Shown: positions 12,405 through 26,790, counted from the stretch's first letter. The stretch is 64,000 nucleotides of DNA from Octopus sinensis (GCF_006345805.1 NC_043013.1:33108001-33172000); one strand, 5' to 3'. Numbers and translations: made by a program. Notes: generated by a model from the letters alone, not told the origin.

Positions 12405-12470
12405 GTCTATCAATCTATTTTTTATATGCTTTGTCTGTCAGTCTGTCTGTCTGCCTGCCTGCCTGCCTGC

Positions 12471-12562
<92 letters not shown>

Positions 12563-13459
12563 ATATCTATCTATCTATCTATAAAAGAAAATGTGATGAC
12601 AAAGGAATAAAAGATCATCTTATGAACTTCCTTTCTTTACAGCTGTTTCTACAATAAGATGTTTGGGACTCATAGTTTAGTGCCCGAGTAACACTATTTA
12701 ACTTCAGCGGAGCCGCGAATATCATGCGCAGTTTATTTGCATGATGAAGTTATAAGATGTTACTCTGGCATTCAAACACAAGTCCACTGTCTTTCATATC
12801 TGAAACAGCTGTAAGCTAATGAAGTTTATAAAATTATCATTTATTCATCTGTCATCTCATTTTCTTATTACCGCTCTGTACTCGACTAACGCTCCGTTCT
12901 GAGGCAGCGTATATTGAGTTCTACACCAGGTTATTTGTATCGCAATGTCTGAGCGATACACAAACATTCACGCAATGCACACATATATTAAATAATTATG
13001 AAGAATACGGGAAATGATACATCATCAACACGCTCTTTTAATCTTATCGTTTGCCTTGCAGAGTATTTTATTGGTCAAATTGATCTATAGGTGTTTCTAC
13101 TATACAGAAAATTATGCTCAGCTTCATGTGCAACAGCACATAGTGTATATATTAGAAACACGTGTAGGTCAATTTACCCAGTAAATTATACTGTAAAACA
13201 AACCTTAAAATTAAAAAAGCAATTTGATGATGTACTAGTTTACATATTATTATTACTAATTTGAAATATACACTCTTAATAACATACACAATCCAGTGAA
13301 GTTACATATCAGAATTGTAGCAGGATTGCCCATGCCAAGCGACAATTGACGCTCGTTACAACTTGATGCGGTTAGACTTAACCTGAAATATGCCTGAGAC
13401 CTACCACGGTAACCATCTGGATAATTTATCTCTTCAAACTCACCTTAAATGTGACCGCG

Positions 13460-13650
13460 TGTGTACCGTTGGCGATTTTTTTCCTCTATCTTCCCTTCTC
13501 TGGATCTTTCCTTCTCCTATGTTTCCGACGAAGAGCTCCGCTCGAAACGTTAAACTCGCCTTCTTTCCTTCTTTCCTGAGCGTCCAATAATACCATATTT
13601 GTTCCACGTCCTCGCGTTGTTGTGTTTTTTGTGCTTTCTTGTTTGGATCA
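13460..13650 (+). mobile_element. Penelope-like repeat with hammerhead-like core (copy 1)
   Basis: CCGACGAA-GAGC-TCC-GCTC-GAAAC at 13525-13548. Related copies at about 14230-14400 (+), 38870-39030 (-) and a partial at 5148-5190 (-). Confidence 0.6.
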
Positions 13651-13654
13651 ACTA

Positions 13655-13965
13655 TACATAGGAATTTGATCGAATGAATGACTCCCAGTACTCTGTTTTA
13701 AGTCTGGTACTTATAGTATCAGTATCTTTTGCCAAACTGTTATTTATACCAGCATCGGTTGTCAAGTGGTAGTGGGGGAACAAACACTGATACACTGACA
13801 CATATACGCGCACACACACACATACATACACACACACACACAGACACACACACACGTATGACGGACTTCTTTCAGTTTCCGTCCACCAAGTCCACTCACA
13901 AGGCTTTGGTTGCCCCAAGGCTATGGTAGAAAACACCGTTTGAGAGGAAAGCTTCTTACCACACA
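13655..13965 (-). mobile_element. Degenerate, internally deleted family A SINE
   Basis: Retains CCAGCATCGGTTGTCAAG, the internal (CA)n and TTCTTTCAGTTTCCGTC..CACTCACAAGGCTTTGG. More fragments extend to about 14215. Confidence 0.8.
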
Positions 13966-14229
13966 GCTCTTTCAAACATTAGACTGTAGCCATGCTCGGG
14001 TACCGTCTTGAAGAATTTTATCGATCTTTACTCGAGCCGCTAAGTTACAGGGAGGTAAACGCACCAGCTGCTCTTGAAAGGTGTGGGTGTACTGAAACAG
14101 ACAACATCATGCACATAAATAATATTTCAGCTTCCATCATAGGGTTTTGCCTGAGGCCATAGTGGAAGGTCACCATGTTGCTGGGAATTAAATTTCTTAA
14201 TACACAGCTATGCCTGCCCCTATCATTGG

Positions 14230-14400
14230 AGATTTTCTGTCGCCGTCTTTCCTTCTTTGGACTTACTCTATATTTCCGACGAAGAGCTCAGCTCGAAACA
14301 TGATATCCTCCTTCCATCTTTCCTTTCCTGAACGTTCAATAACACTGTACTTATTCCACGCCCTCACTTGTGTTTTCTCTTTGTTCATGTTTATTAACTA
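14230..14400 (+). mobile_element. Penelope-like repeat with hammerhead-like core (copy 2)
   Basis: CCGACGAA-GAGC-TCA-GCTC-GAAAC at 14276-14299. Flanks are similar to copy 1. Confidence 0.6.
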
Positions 14401-14441
14401 TGCACACACACACACACACCACACACACACACACACAACGC

Positions 14442-14474
<33 letters not shown>

Positions 14475-14861
14475 CATGCACAGTGTCACGTGACAGTTAG
14501 CTGGTGCTGGCTGCCGGTGAGTATTTAAAGGGAAATTTGGCAGGTGGGTTATTCGCCCGCTGACATTTGTTGACGCTGCATCGAAAAAAAAACAAAAACT
14601 AAAGAACAAAAGAAAAAAGGGAAAAAAAAAAATGCACCCAACACCAGAGCTGAAGGCACCTCCAAAAAGGGAGGTACCCGTCACGTCGGAAACGATAGAG
14701 GAATAGGGGACAAAATCAGACGTGGTTCCTCTTGATGATGTCTTTATCCACAGGATCCTATAAGGGAGCATTTGAGGTAGCGAACCAGGAAATGTGTTTA
14801 GAACGCCTATCTGCGAGCGCGTGCATGTGTGTGCACATTCGAAGGTATGTATGTACGTATA

Positions 14862-15094
14862 CAGTGTTGGCCAAAAGTCACCCAACAGTAAATCAAACTT
14901 CCATAAATACTATCTGTATTTCTGTATTGATTCGAATGGGAAAATGTGTCGCTCAAGAAGGACTTCAGTTTGAACAATTTTCCTGATGTTTCATTTTTCG
15001 ATGCCTTTATTAAATGTATTCAGTTGTTAAACTTAAATAAATCTTGGAATTAAATGGTTTTGATTTACTGCCAGGTGACTATTGGCCAACCCTA
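14862..15094 (+). mobile_element. Tc1/mariner-derived MITE (233 bp)
   Basis: TIRs CAGTGTTGGCCAAAAGTCACCCAACAGTAAATCAAA / TTTGATTTACTGCCAGGTGACTATTGGCCAACCCTA, TA on both sides. The interior encodes KCVAQEGLQFEQFS*, like the transposase C-terminal C..x.G.xFE motif. Confidence 0.85.
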
Positions 15095-15175
15095 TATATA
15101 TATATGCGTTTGCGTCTCGCGGCTTTTATCTGAGCTTTTCTGACTACTGCCTATACAATGAGCAAAGAAAGTGTA

Positions 15176-15213
<38 letters not shown>

Positions 15214-15215
<2 letters not shown>

Positions 15216-15441
15216 GTGCCCTTTTACAGCCTAACCAGGCTCGTGGGCCCACTTTCCCGGTTTCAATGGCGTATGTGCTCCCCAGCTGGACGGGACGCCA
15301 GTCCATCGCAGCATTACTGGACTGGAGCAACGTGAAAAGAAGTGTTTTGCTCAAGAATACAACGCGTCGCCCGGTCTAGGAATCGAAACCACAATCTAAC
15401 GATCATGAAGCTAACACTCTAACCACTAAGTCACGCGCCTA
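15214..15441 (-). mobile_element. Family B SINE (CORE-like middle M1 + tail T1)
   Basis: Minus strand: AGGCGCGTGACTTAGTGGTTAG, B-box GGTTTCGATTCC, TTCTTGAGCAAAACACTT..TTCACGTTGCTCCAGT, tail GCGATGGACTGGCGTCCCGTCCAGCTGG. Confidence 0.9.
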
Positions 15442-15471
15442 CACACACACACACACACACATACACACACA

Positions 15472-15529
<58 letters not shown>

Positions 15530-15532
15530 CAT

Positions 15533-15698
15533 ATATACGACGGGTTTTCAGTTTCCGTCTACCAGATTCACTCACAAGGCTTTGGTCGGCCCGAGGCTAT
15601 AGTAGAAGACGCTTGCCCAAAGTGCCACGCAGTGGGAGTGAATCCGGAGCCATGTTGTTCGTAAGCAAGCAACATACCACACAGGCCAATCCTACGCC
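15533..15698 (-). mobile_element. Family A SINE 5' half
   Basis: Head plus GGCCGACCAAAGCCTTGTGAGTG domain, ending in the internal (TA)(TG) microsatellite. Confidence 0.9.
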
Positions 15699-15714
15699 TA
15701 TATATATATATGTG

Positions 15715-15775
<61 letters not shown>

Positions 15776-16679
15776 GTGTGTGTGTGTGTGCGTGTGTGTG
15801 TGTGTATATATTATATATATATATATATGCTTACACTATACTTATAGAAAAAACGAAATAAAACAAAATGCAAAAAACACAACACAATAGCTGTATTACT
15901 GACAATTATTACATCTTAACAAAGATAATCTTCGCAGAAACTTGTAAAAGAAGGAAAATAAGCTGCCGTACAATAACAACAAGAACAACAAAAACAATAC
16001 AATGATAATGAGTACAAATACAAGAACATCAATTCGAAGAAGAAAGGAATTAATAATAACAATTAACATTGGAGAAAACAATTACAGGAATCGTGAAACA
16101 AATAACACATATCAAGACAAAAACACAAATGAAACTCAAGATATCTAGCAACAACATGAACGGCATTCGACAGCAAGAAGAAACATTACGTATAAAAATA
16201 GGCCATTTTGTTTTTTTAGAAAGTTGTCAAGAGTGTTTCAAATCCGTGTGTTTCTTCATTCTAATGGCATCTGTTTTGTCTTCCATGTACGAAATATATA
16301 TATGAATAAATAGATAAACAAATTGTAATAATTTTAATCTAATTTTAATTGTCTCCACAGAAACTATAACGAAGTCTTTCAAGATATATTCAAATTATAT
16401 ATTATGTAACGCCTGTATGATATATATATATATATGTTATATATATATATATATATATCTATATATATATCTATATATATATAGTATATATATATATATA
16501 TATATAGGAAACGAAACACAGAATAGAATTTGAATGAAACAAAAAAACAGACGCAATTAAACAATGTAAAATGTTTTGAAATATATTACCCAACACCACC
16601 ACAGCAAAAAAAGACACCAAACTTAATTTGTTTTCAGTATTTGTCAAACGTTCTACTTAAATTAATGGCGAACCACTAG

Positions 16680-16808
16680 GAGAGAGAGGGAGAGGAGGGA
16701 GACAGGAAGAGAAAGAGATCGAAAAGAAAGAGAGAGCGGCAGAGAGGGAAAGAGAGATGTAGAGAGAGAGAGAGGCAGTGAGAGAGAGAGAGAGAGAGAC
16801 TAAGGATA

Positions 16809-16847
<39 letters not shown>

Positions 16848-16969
16848 AAGGATAATAAGAGAGAGAGAGAGATACTAAGGATAATAAGAGAGAGAGAGAG
16901 GGAGGTGTATGGAATATGGATTCGGTAAACAGAAAAGAAATATAAAGATGATAGGAGATTACGAAGATC

Positions 16970-17022
<53 letters not shown>

Positions 17023-17180
17023 GAAAGTGAGAGAACGTGAGAGAACGAAAGTGAGAGAACGTGAGAGAGAGAAAGGGAGAGAGAGAGAGAAAGAGAGAAC
17101 AGGAGGGAAACAGAAAGAGGGAGGAAGAGATTAACGAGAGCTGACGATAATCCATACAGAAAAATAGTGCATTTGTGAGT

Positions 17181-17250
<70 letters not shown>

Positions 17251-17358
17251 CAGATAGATAGACAGATATGTAGATAGATAGACAGATATTAAGTGAGACA
17301 GATAGATAGAAAGATAGATATAGAGTAAAAATAAGGGAACAGATACATAGACAGACAA

Positions 17359-17396
<38 letters not shown>

Positions 17397-17548
17397 TAGA
17401 TAGATAGATAGATAGATAGACAGATAGATAGATAGATAGACAGATAGATATGTAGGTAGAATGAAAGTGAAAGAGAATAAGACACTCAGATACTAATGAA
17501 TAGGAGAGATGCAGAGAAGCGAGAAGTAAAATAAGCAGAACAAAAGAA

Positions 17549-17602
<54 letters not shown>

Positions 17603-17660
17603 AAGGGAGGGAGAGAGAGATGGAGATAGAGTAAAATATATAGTGTGATCAAGTCAGACA
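16680..17660. repeat. Compound (GA)n / (GATA)n purine-rich block with higher-order units
   Basis: Directly visible. Includes CTAAGGATAATA x3 and a duplicated ACGAAAGTGAGAGAACGTGAGAGA unit. Confidence 0.9.
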
Positions 17661-18056
17661 AGGTGACTGAGTGAAACAAAGTGGAAGATATATAATGTAA
17701 TGAGCATGATAAAAAGTGACAGGGACAGATAGATAAACTTAAAAAGGAGAGAACGAGTGGGAGACGAATTAAAGAGTGAGAGAAAGACAGAAAGAGAAAG
17801 AGAGAGAGAGGGAGAGAGAGAGAGAAGAGGGTGCAGTGTCAGAAACAGGAGAGTGAACAAGATAATGCAAGTTGTAATTGTGAAGTGTATTTATAAACAT
17901 GTGTATGCAAACATACATATATATATATATATATATCAATTTAGGTATCAGCATGTATGTGTACATGTGTGTGTGTGTATATGAATGTGTGGAGGTGCGT
18001 ATGTTCCAGAGTGTGTGTGTCTGGGTGTTGATGTTATGTTTAATGGATTAAATAAA

Positions 18057-18095
<39 letters not shown>

Positions 18096-18105
18096 TATAT
18101 ATATA

Positions 18106-18137
<32 letters not shown>

Positions 18138-19247
18138 TGTGATGTTTGTTGTTATTGTTGTTAAATATTTGCTGCTATTGTCATAGTAAAAACTTGTTAA
18201 TTGTATATATTATAACACCTTTAACTGTTCGTTTTCTTCTTCTCTTTCTTCAACTCCCGCTTTCACATTCTTATAGCATGACACACAAACGCACACACAC
18301 ACACACGGATATGTGAGTGTGTGTGTTTGTGTATGTATATATATATTTATATATATATATATGTATGTATATATATGTGTGTGTGTATATGTCTATGCAT
18401 ATATATATATATACACTATATATATATATTTACATATGCATATGTATACATATATATGTGTTTGTGTATATATATATGTATATATATATATGTATACACG
18501 CATATGTATACATATGGTTATGCATATATACGAGTATATTTAAATAGTTAAATATTTCTCATATATATAAACACATGTTTATACATACACACATGCATGC
18601 ATGCATCCATACATACATACATACATACACAACACATACATATATATATATATACATATAAATATATATATATATATATAATATATATATATATATTATA
18701 TATATATATATAATTATATATATATACACACATATATACATATATATATATGTGTGTGTTAATACACTAAACACACACACATCACATATATATAGATATA
18801 TATTTGCACATATGCATACCTACGTATACATATACAGCACACGTGAAAGAACGAAGCAACTGGCAGATAATTTCGTTAGTGCAAAGAGGTACTGGATAAT
18901 GTGATAATATGCATATATTTCTGTATTTAATTTTCTAACTAAATTAAAAAGGCAACAATCAAGCACATCCACCCATCCACCCACACCCACATACAAACAC
19001 ACGCACACACATTGACTCACACAAGTTAACACTCTCTAACGTATGTATGGATACACACAGTCATACCTGTTTTATAGGATTAGTTAATTCTTCCTATCAA
19101 TCTGCGTAATGTCTAGCGCACTGGCGTCTTACAATTTAAGCGTTAATCTACATTATATTTACATGGCTGTTATATTTATAAAGCATTAATTTCAAACAGC
19201 ATATATATATTCGTGCATGTGTAGGTGCATGAGTGTATGTATGTGAG

Positions 19248-19298
<51 letters not shown>

Positions 19299-19599
19299 GT
19301 GTGTGTGTGTGTATTTATATACACAATTGAATATATATATATATATGTACGTATGTATATATGTAAATTGATGTATATTTACATATATTACATATATAAC
19401 ATATAACTTGTGTATCTATATAGATATATTCATATATTATATATATGTATATATATGTATAAGTGTATGTATATATGTATATATATATACATACATCTAT
19501 ACACACACACACATATATTATATATAATATATATTTACATATACACATATCTCTATATATACACACACACACCGACACACATACATGTATATATATATA

Positions 19600-19644
<45 letters not shown>

Positions 19645-20209
19645 ATCTACGCGCGTGTGTATGTATGTATGTATGTATTTATTGTATAGTATTTTTTCGG
19701 CTTCTCTCCCTCAGTTCTTTTCTTGCCTGTTTATCAAATTGCCAGTTTACTTTATATGATTCTGATTAGCTTAAAATTTCTTATACAGACCTTGTGAATA
19801 AATAGTTATGTACCTTTTGTGCTTCCATACTGTATACTCATACACGCACCTCAAACTCGCTCCTCACACACACACACACACACACACCCACATACACTTA
19901 GGCGCACACACCCGCATTACTTATCACATAACACATAACACGTAACTCAATCGCGTCTAAGCTGCTTAAGCACACGTGCATGAACATATGCACACATATA
20001 CGCATACATTCAACTAATTTTATGTGTGCATGTATACACATATGCATTCATAGATATACACATATGCGTATACCTTTATACACACACACACATATATACC
20101 TGTTTGTGAAAATTTATGTATACGTAAATATAGCTCTATATATATGTATATATTATGTATATATGTATGTGCATATATATATCTATCTATCTGTCAATCT
20201 CTCTCTCTT

Positions 20210-20240
<31 letters not shown>

Positions 20241-20585
20241 GCCTAAATACATGTTCACGCATACAAGCACACATATGCTGACACACTCGCACATGCATAT
20301 ACTTACACACGCATATATACATACATGCTTCCGTTCACATTTATTTGCATATATGATCATCTGAACTTAAAAATATAATGACGTTCTCTTGTTAAAGCTG
20401 TTATGCACACACCATCATATACGTATACTCTCATAAACACACACAAAATTCTGTACACTTTACATACATACATACACACACACATATATATATATATATC
20501 GTCTATCTATATATATATATATATATGTATATGTAATATATATATATATATATATATATCTATATATATATATATATTATATATA

Positions 20586-20621
<36 letters not shown>

Positions 20622-21869
20622 TGTATCTATACACGCTTGTAAATACATATTAATTTTCAGTTTACAAATATTCGTTGATTTCAGTAATTTCACTACATTT
20701 TTTAAAAGATGTTTTTACTGCCATTTGTATTTAATTTTATTATTATTTTTTCTTAATTTTCTGTATAATCTTAAATGCATTTAAAAAGCTTATTAAAATA
20801 TTATGTTACATTTGCGATACAAGAAGTCATTTTTTATTAATATGTCGATTTTTTTCCTTATTTTTTAGAAAACTTTTGAAAGAAAACGCTAATTTAAAGA
20901 ATTGAGGTAATGAAAAATCAGCCAAGTTTATAAAAAACAACAACAACATCAACTGCGATGATGACGACGATAAAAATGTCGAAATAAAACAAGCAAAAAT
21001 ACGAAGAGTATGTGTTGATGAGATTAAGTAAATAATATTTGCCACTATTTCTGAAAAGTATAGAGTAATGTCAGAGGTGAAGAATGATAAAGATCTAGTT
21101 ATGAGATTTTCACAACTTGCCGCAATTTCGAAGAGCAAAGAATGTGGCAGAGCTAAGACAGATACTGATCTATTTATAACATTTTCACAACTTTTCCTGG
21201 TTCACCCGAAATGACAAAAGAAAACCCAAATAACAAATGAAAGCCAAAATATATATAAAAAAGGAGGTAAAACAAATGAAAATAAATACAAATACGAGCT
21301 TTCGTTGTTGTTGTTGCTGTTTTTGTGATGGTGGTGGTGATTGCAGTGGTAGTGATGTAGGAGTGATAATGCCGGGAGGTGGAATTGAACTTGATGTGTT
21401 AAGATAGAATTCAAACAGAGTAACTAATAGTTTTCAATTTCTAGCATGAATACGGAAACAAACAATAGAACAGCAATTACTTAATTTCATTTCGTTTGCT
21501 GTTGTTCTTGTTATCGTTGCTGCTGTTGTTGCTCCGACTCTATTTGTTGTTTTGTTATTTCTGCTGTTGCTGCTGCTGCTGCTGATGATGATGATGGTGA
21601 TGATAATTATTTTCTTTTTAAACAGCAAAATACAAAATGTCGGATTTTCTTGTCTTATTTATTTGTTTATTATTTATATATTTATTTATTTATTTTCACA
21701 AGAGTGAAAAAAAAAAAGAAACACACACACACACAGTTCAACTTTAATTACCTGATGTTGTTCACAGGGGAGGTAAGCAAAGATCAAGTTTCAGTGAGAA
21801 AACAATGCTACCACAGCAGCAGCTGCTGATGTTGAGAATGATGATAATGATGACACAACGATGATGTGG

Positions 21870-22045
21870 ATTTTGTGAATGATGAAAATGATGCTGATAG
21901 TGATGATGATGATGATGATGATGATGTTGATGGTGGTGGTGGTGGTGATGATGATGATGATGGTGGTGGTGATGATGATGATGATGATGGTGATGGTGAT
22001 GATGATGATGATGCTGATGATGATGATGATGATGATGATGATGGT
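21870..22045. repeat. Compound (GAT)n/(GGT)n trinucleotide repeat
   Basis: Directly visible. Source of the poly-D, poly-M and poly-I ORFs. Confidence 0.95.
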
Positions 22046-22310
22046 GTTGATGATTCTAACTATGTAACAGTAAAACATAATTTGCTGGTGAGGTAAAGTC
22101 GATTAAAAGGATTTCACACCAGCAATTCTCATTCCTTCCATCCCAGGAGACAGGAAGCTGCAATTAACTCTGGCAGGATTCGAACTCAGAAGACAAAGAG
22201 TCATATGGTTATTTTCCTGTGGTCTATGGAATCTATCACATACGTACAAGACCACGAATTTAGATGAAAAATACGGGTAATGAAATCAGATCTCAGTATC
22301 TGGCAAAGTG

Positions 22311-22570
22311 AAAGCATGTGGCCCAGTGGTTAGAGTGTTGTACTCATGATGACAAGCTTGTGGTTTCGATTCTCGGATCGGGCAGAGCGTAGTGTTCTTG
22401 AGCAAAACACTTCATTTCACGTTGCTACAGCTCATTCAGTTGTAAATGGGTAACCGTGCAACTGAGTGACGTCACATTCAGGGAAGGAAGTTTTGTAATG
22501 TTGTTATCTTGGTCACTTATACGTTAGGAAAATCGGGTAAGCAGCTCTATGGGGCTTAGAACACGAGACA
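22311..22570 (+). mobile_element. Family B SINE, diverged (M1 middle)
   Basis: GTGGCCCAGTGGTTAG A-box, GGTTTCGATTCT B-box, GTTCTTGAGCAAAACACTTCATTTCACGTTGC. Confidence 0.85.
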
Positions 22571-23215
22571 ATAATATCCGGGAATTGATGCAACTCAGAC
22601 GTCTCTTAAAGACATCCATGAAAGATTCTGCAATTCCCGTTATATCAGTCTTGTCTGCCACAGACGTGCAAAGGCTTATTACATGAACAATATGAAATAT
22701 AATACTCTTGTACTAAATAAGGGCAGGTCTTAGTGAGAACCATTGGTATAAAGGCATCACAAAACTCGATTTTATACCTCCAGGACCAATAACACACCTG
22801 CCTCCAATAATTATTATCTTTCTACAAATTTCAGGTGAAACCTACTGCAAAAAAATCATTTTTATACCTGCGAAGGTATTGCTGTTATATGCACATTTAG
22901 CCTAAAGGCATTTCCAGAAAGGTCACTCGATAGATTTGCTTTAAATCGGTCACTAACATATATCAATACCCAAACAAAAGACGTGTCTCAAAGAGTTTCT
23001 AATGCTACAAGACAAGCCAGCGCTTTTCAGAATCATCTGGCTCCTTCCTTTCGTCATACAAATTATGCCCAACAGGAGGTCTATCAACAACACCCAAAGA
23101 CAAGTCTATCACTGTACATGCCTTTAGCAGCAATTGTTAGACAAAGGTCATGAATGATGTTCTCATTATAGATTTACTTGGAAATATAAAGAAACTGGCG
23201 AGGGAGATTAGGATG

Positions 23216-23280
23216 TTAGTTTAATGGTTAGTTTAATGGCTAGTTTAATGGTTAGTTTAATGGTTAGTTTAATGGCTAGT
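23216..23280 (+). repeat. 12-bp minisatellite (YTAGTTTAATGG) x5.4
   Basis: Unit first bases T,T,C,T,T,C indicate a 36-bp higher-order duplication. Confidence 0.95.
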
Positions 23281-23654
23281 ACTGCAATAAGCACTTCAGT
23301 GAATAAGGGAAACAATTCAGAGATTTAGGAAATATTTTAAATGTACAGCAATGCATAGACTATAGCTAAATGCTGATCGAGAGTTTCGAAATGAATTTTC
23401 TTCAATAAATATAAAAAGGGAACATATTTCAAAAAATATATTCATAAAGTTAATTACACTGAAACTCCAACCACACTAAAAACAATAGTTCAGTTATTGT
23501 TGACATATTTCAGATTGAAAGCATTAAACACCGTATTAGGAACAGATATGTAGTAAAAAATAAGTAACGTTTATTCAATGAGGTATCACCTCAGAGAAAA
23601 TGATTTTACGTATTTATGTATTCACACACTTACGTACACATACACATATATATG

Positions 23655-24301
<647 letters not shown>

Positions 24302-24305
24302 TATA

Positions 24306-24346
<41 letters not shown>

Positions 24347-24395
24347 CTTATTTATATGAAATCTATATATATATGTATAATATATGTATGTATAT

Positions 24396-24453
<58 letters not shown>

Positions 24454-25629
24454 AGTTCAAATATTCCGTCGCTGTCATTATAATCACTGTGCATTCTTAT
24501 CTTCTTCCTCTTCCTTTTCTATCAAGGCCGAAGTCTACCTGATTTTTCTTCTTCCTCCTCCTCAACCTCATCAAATATATATTACCGATAACTGCAGAAC
24601 TATCGATAAATGTCAGATCTGTGTTTTTTTTTGTTTTTGTTTTCATTTATATTACCTTTATTTTTATCCTCTCTCTAGATCGTTGCCCATCTGCTATCAA
24701 TAGTCTTAATGAGTGTGTGCCTATGTTTCTTGATTGTGTGAGTTCCTGTGTGTATGTGTGTGTGTGTGCCAATGTGTGCCTATACATGTATGTGTAAAGA
24801 GAAAGCAACTTTTTAATGTTTTATCATAGGTTAATCAACATTTATTTCGGGTATTAATAACTTGCTTAGCAATTGTTGCGGAACATACCTTTATCAGGGG
24901 ATATACTTTTTAAAACCGTTATATACGTACATAAATACATAAACATTATACGTATATATATATATATATATGTGCATATATATGTATATATATATATATA
25001 TCTGCATGTATATATGTAAATATATATACATGTATATATATTAATATATATATGTGTATATATATATATATATATATGTATATAAATTCGTATGGGCTTG
25101 TCCTTATTATCTTTTCTAATTACAGTTTGGTTGCCCGTAGGATATCTAATGAACAATCTTGCCAGTACAGGCATGTACGTATTCATATCTATGTATATGA
25201 AAATCTCTCTCCATATACACAACAATGCTGCTTGTTTTTTGATACTACATTCGATAGGTATGTATGCATGCATGTGTGTATGTATGTATATATGTATGCA
25301 TGTATGTATGTAGGTATGTATTTATGTATGTATGCATGGATATATATGTATATATATTTATATATATATACATACATATATATAAATATACATACATGTA
25401 TATATATATATGTGTGTGTATACATATATATATTGTATATATCAATATGTGTTTGTATATTTATATATATCGAGAAGGCACGAGAGATACAGGGCATATG
25501 ATACAGATTGTCTCTTAATACTCAGATATACTTGCCTATTAACAAATTGCTAAATATATATACATATATATATACATATATACAATGTATGTATGCATGC
25601 AAGCGCATATAATATATATATATATATAT

Positions 25630-25669
<40 letters not shown>

Positions 25670-25693
25670 GAATAGACAGATAGACAGATATAT

Positions 25694-25729
<36 letters not shown>

Positions 25730-26388
25730 TACATACATGCATACATACATACATACATACATACATACATACATACATCCATACATACATATGTACACAC
25801 ATACATACATACATACATACATACATACGCGCGCGTATAAGCATACATATATACACTCATTCATTCGTCTCGCACGAGTTTACATCTGAATGCAAACGTT
25901 TTATGATAAATAAAAATATACTTGTTGCATTTATGGAATGTCGTACATTTCTAATTGCCGTGAGTTTTAGAATGTCTAACGTCTATCGCCAATGCAACAT
26001 TTCTCAATATTAATGACATCAGGTCACAGAACAAATCGAATGGTTAGTAATTTATCTTTCACCTGTATGATGTGTATGAAAAAAATATTACTTGTAGTGT
26101 AAAATGTTTAGAAAAAAATGGAAGGAAACTAATGCATGCCTCATTTTGATGATCATGATAGTGAATAAATAGCGGGAATGGATGATTGTATGATCGTCAG
26201 TTTTGGCAATATATATTCAGTCGTTCCAATAACTGACTTTCTTTATTGACTTTTTTTTTATTGGAGTAACATGTGTTGGAGCTTCGTACAGACTTTTGTT
26301 AACTTTAACAAAATTTTCAAATGAAAACTGCATCACATTCTATTTTTGACAAGACCGATCTTTTGGATTACATATATATATTCAATAT

Positions 26389-26619
26389 GGCGGCGAGCTG
26401 GCAGAATCGTTAGCACGCCGGGCGAAATGCTTAGCAATATCTCGTTTGTCGTAATGTTCTGAGTTCACATTCCGCCGAGGTTGACTTTGCCCACCATCCT
26501 TTCGGAGTCGATTAAATAAGTACCAGTTACGCACTGGGGTCGATGTAATCGACTTAATCCCTTTGTCTGTCCTTGTTTGTCCCCTCTGTGTTTAGCCCCT
26601 TGTGGATAGTAAAGAAATA
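26389..26619 (+). mobile_element. Family C SINE monomer (tail alpha)
   Basis: GGCGGCGAGCTGGCAGAATCGTTAGC, B-box GAGTTCACATTCC, central GAGGTTGACTTTGCC..CATCCTTTCGGAGTCGATTAAATAAGTACCAG (from memory resembles the Meta-SINE domain, unverified), tail ...TTTAGCCCCTTGTGGATAGTAAAGAAAT. Confidence 0.95.
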
Positions 26620-26624
26620 TATTT

Positions 26625-26790
26625 AGACAGTGGTCATGCTGAGGGACTGTCTTGAAGTGTTTTGCCAAACAAATGAAACCCATCATCTATTTTCCAAAGC
26701 GTGCTACTTACTCTATCGGTCTCTTGCCCAACCAACTTGCTCTCTGGATGTAAACAAACCTACAGCCAGTGTCAAGCCGTGGTGAAGACA
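26625..26790 (-). mobile_element. Degenerate family A SINE 3' half
   Basis: CTTACTCTATCGGTCTCTT..GTAAACAAACC..TGTCAAGC matches the family A tail. Confidence 0.7.

Noticed and set aside
26389-26475. tRNA-like A/B boxes as tRNA genes
   Set aside because: All continue into SINE bodies and lack an intact cloverleaf and acceptor stem.
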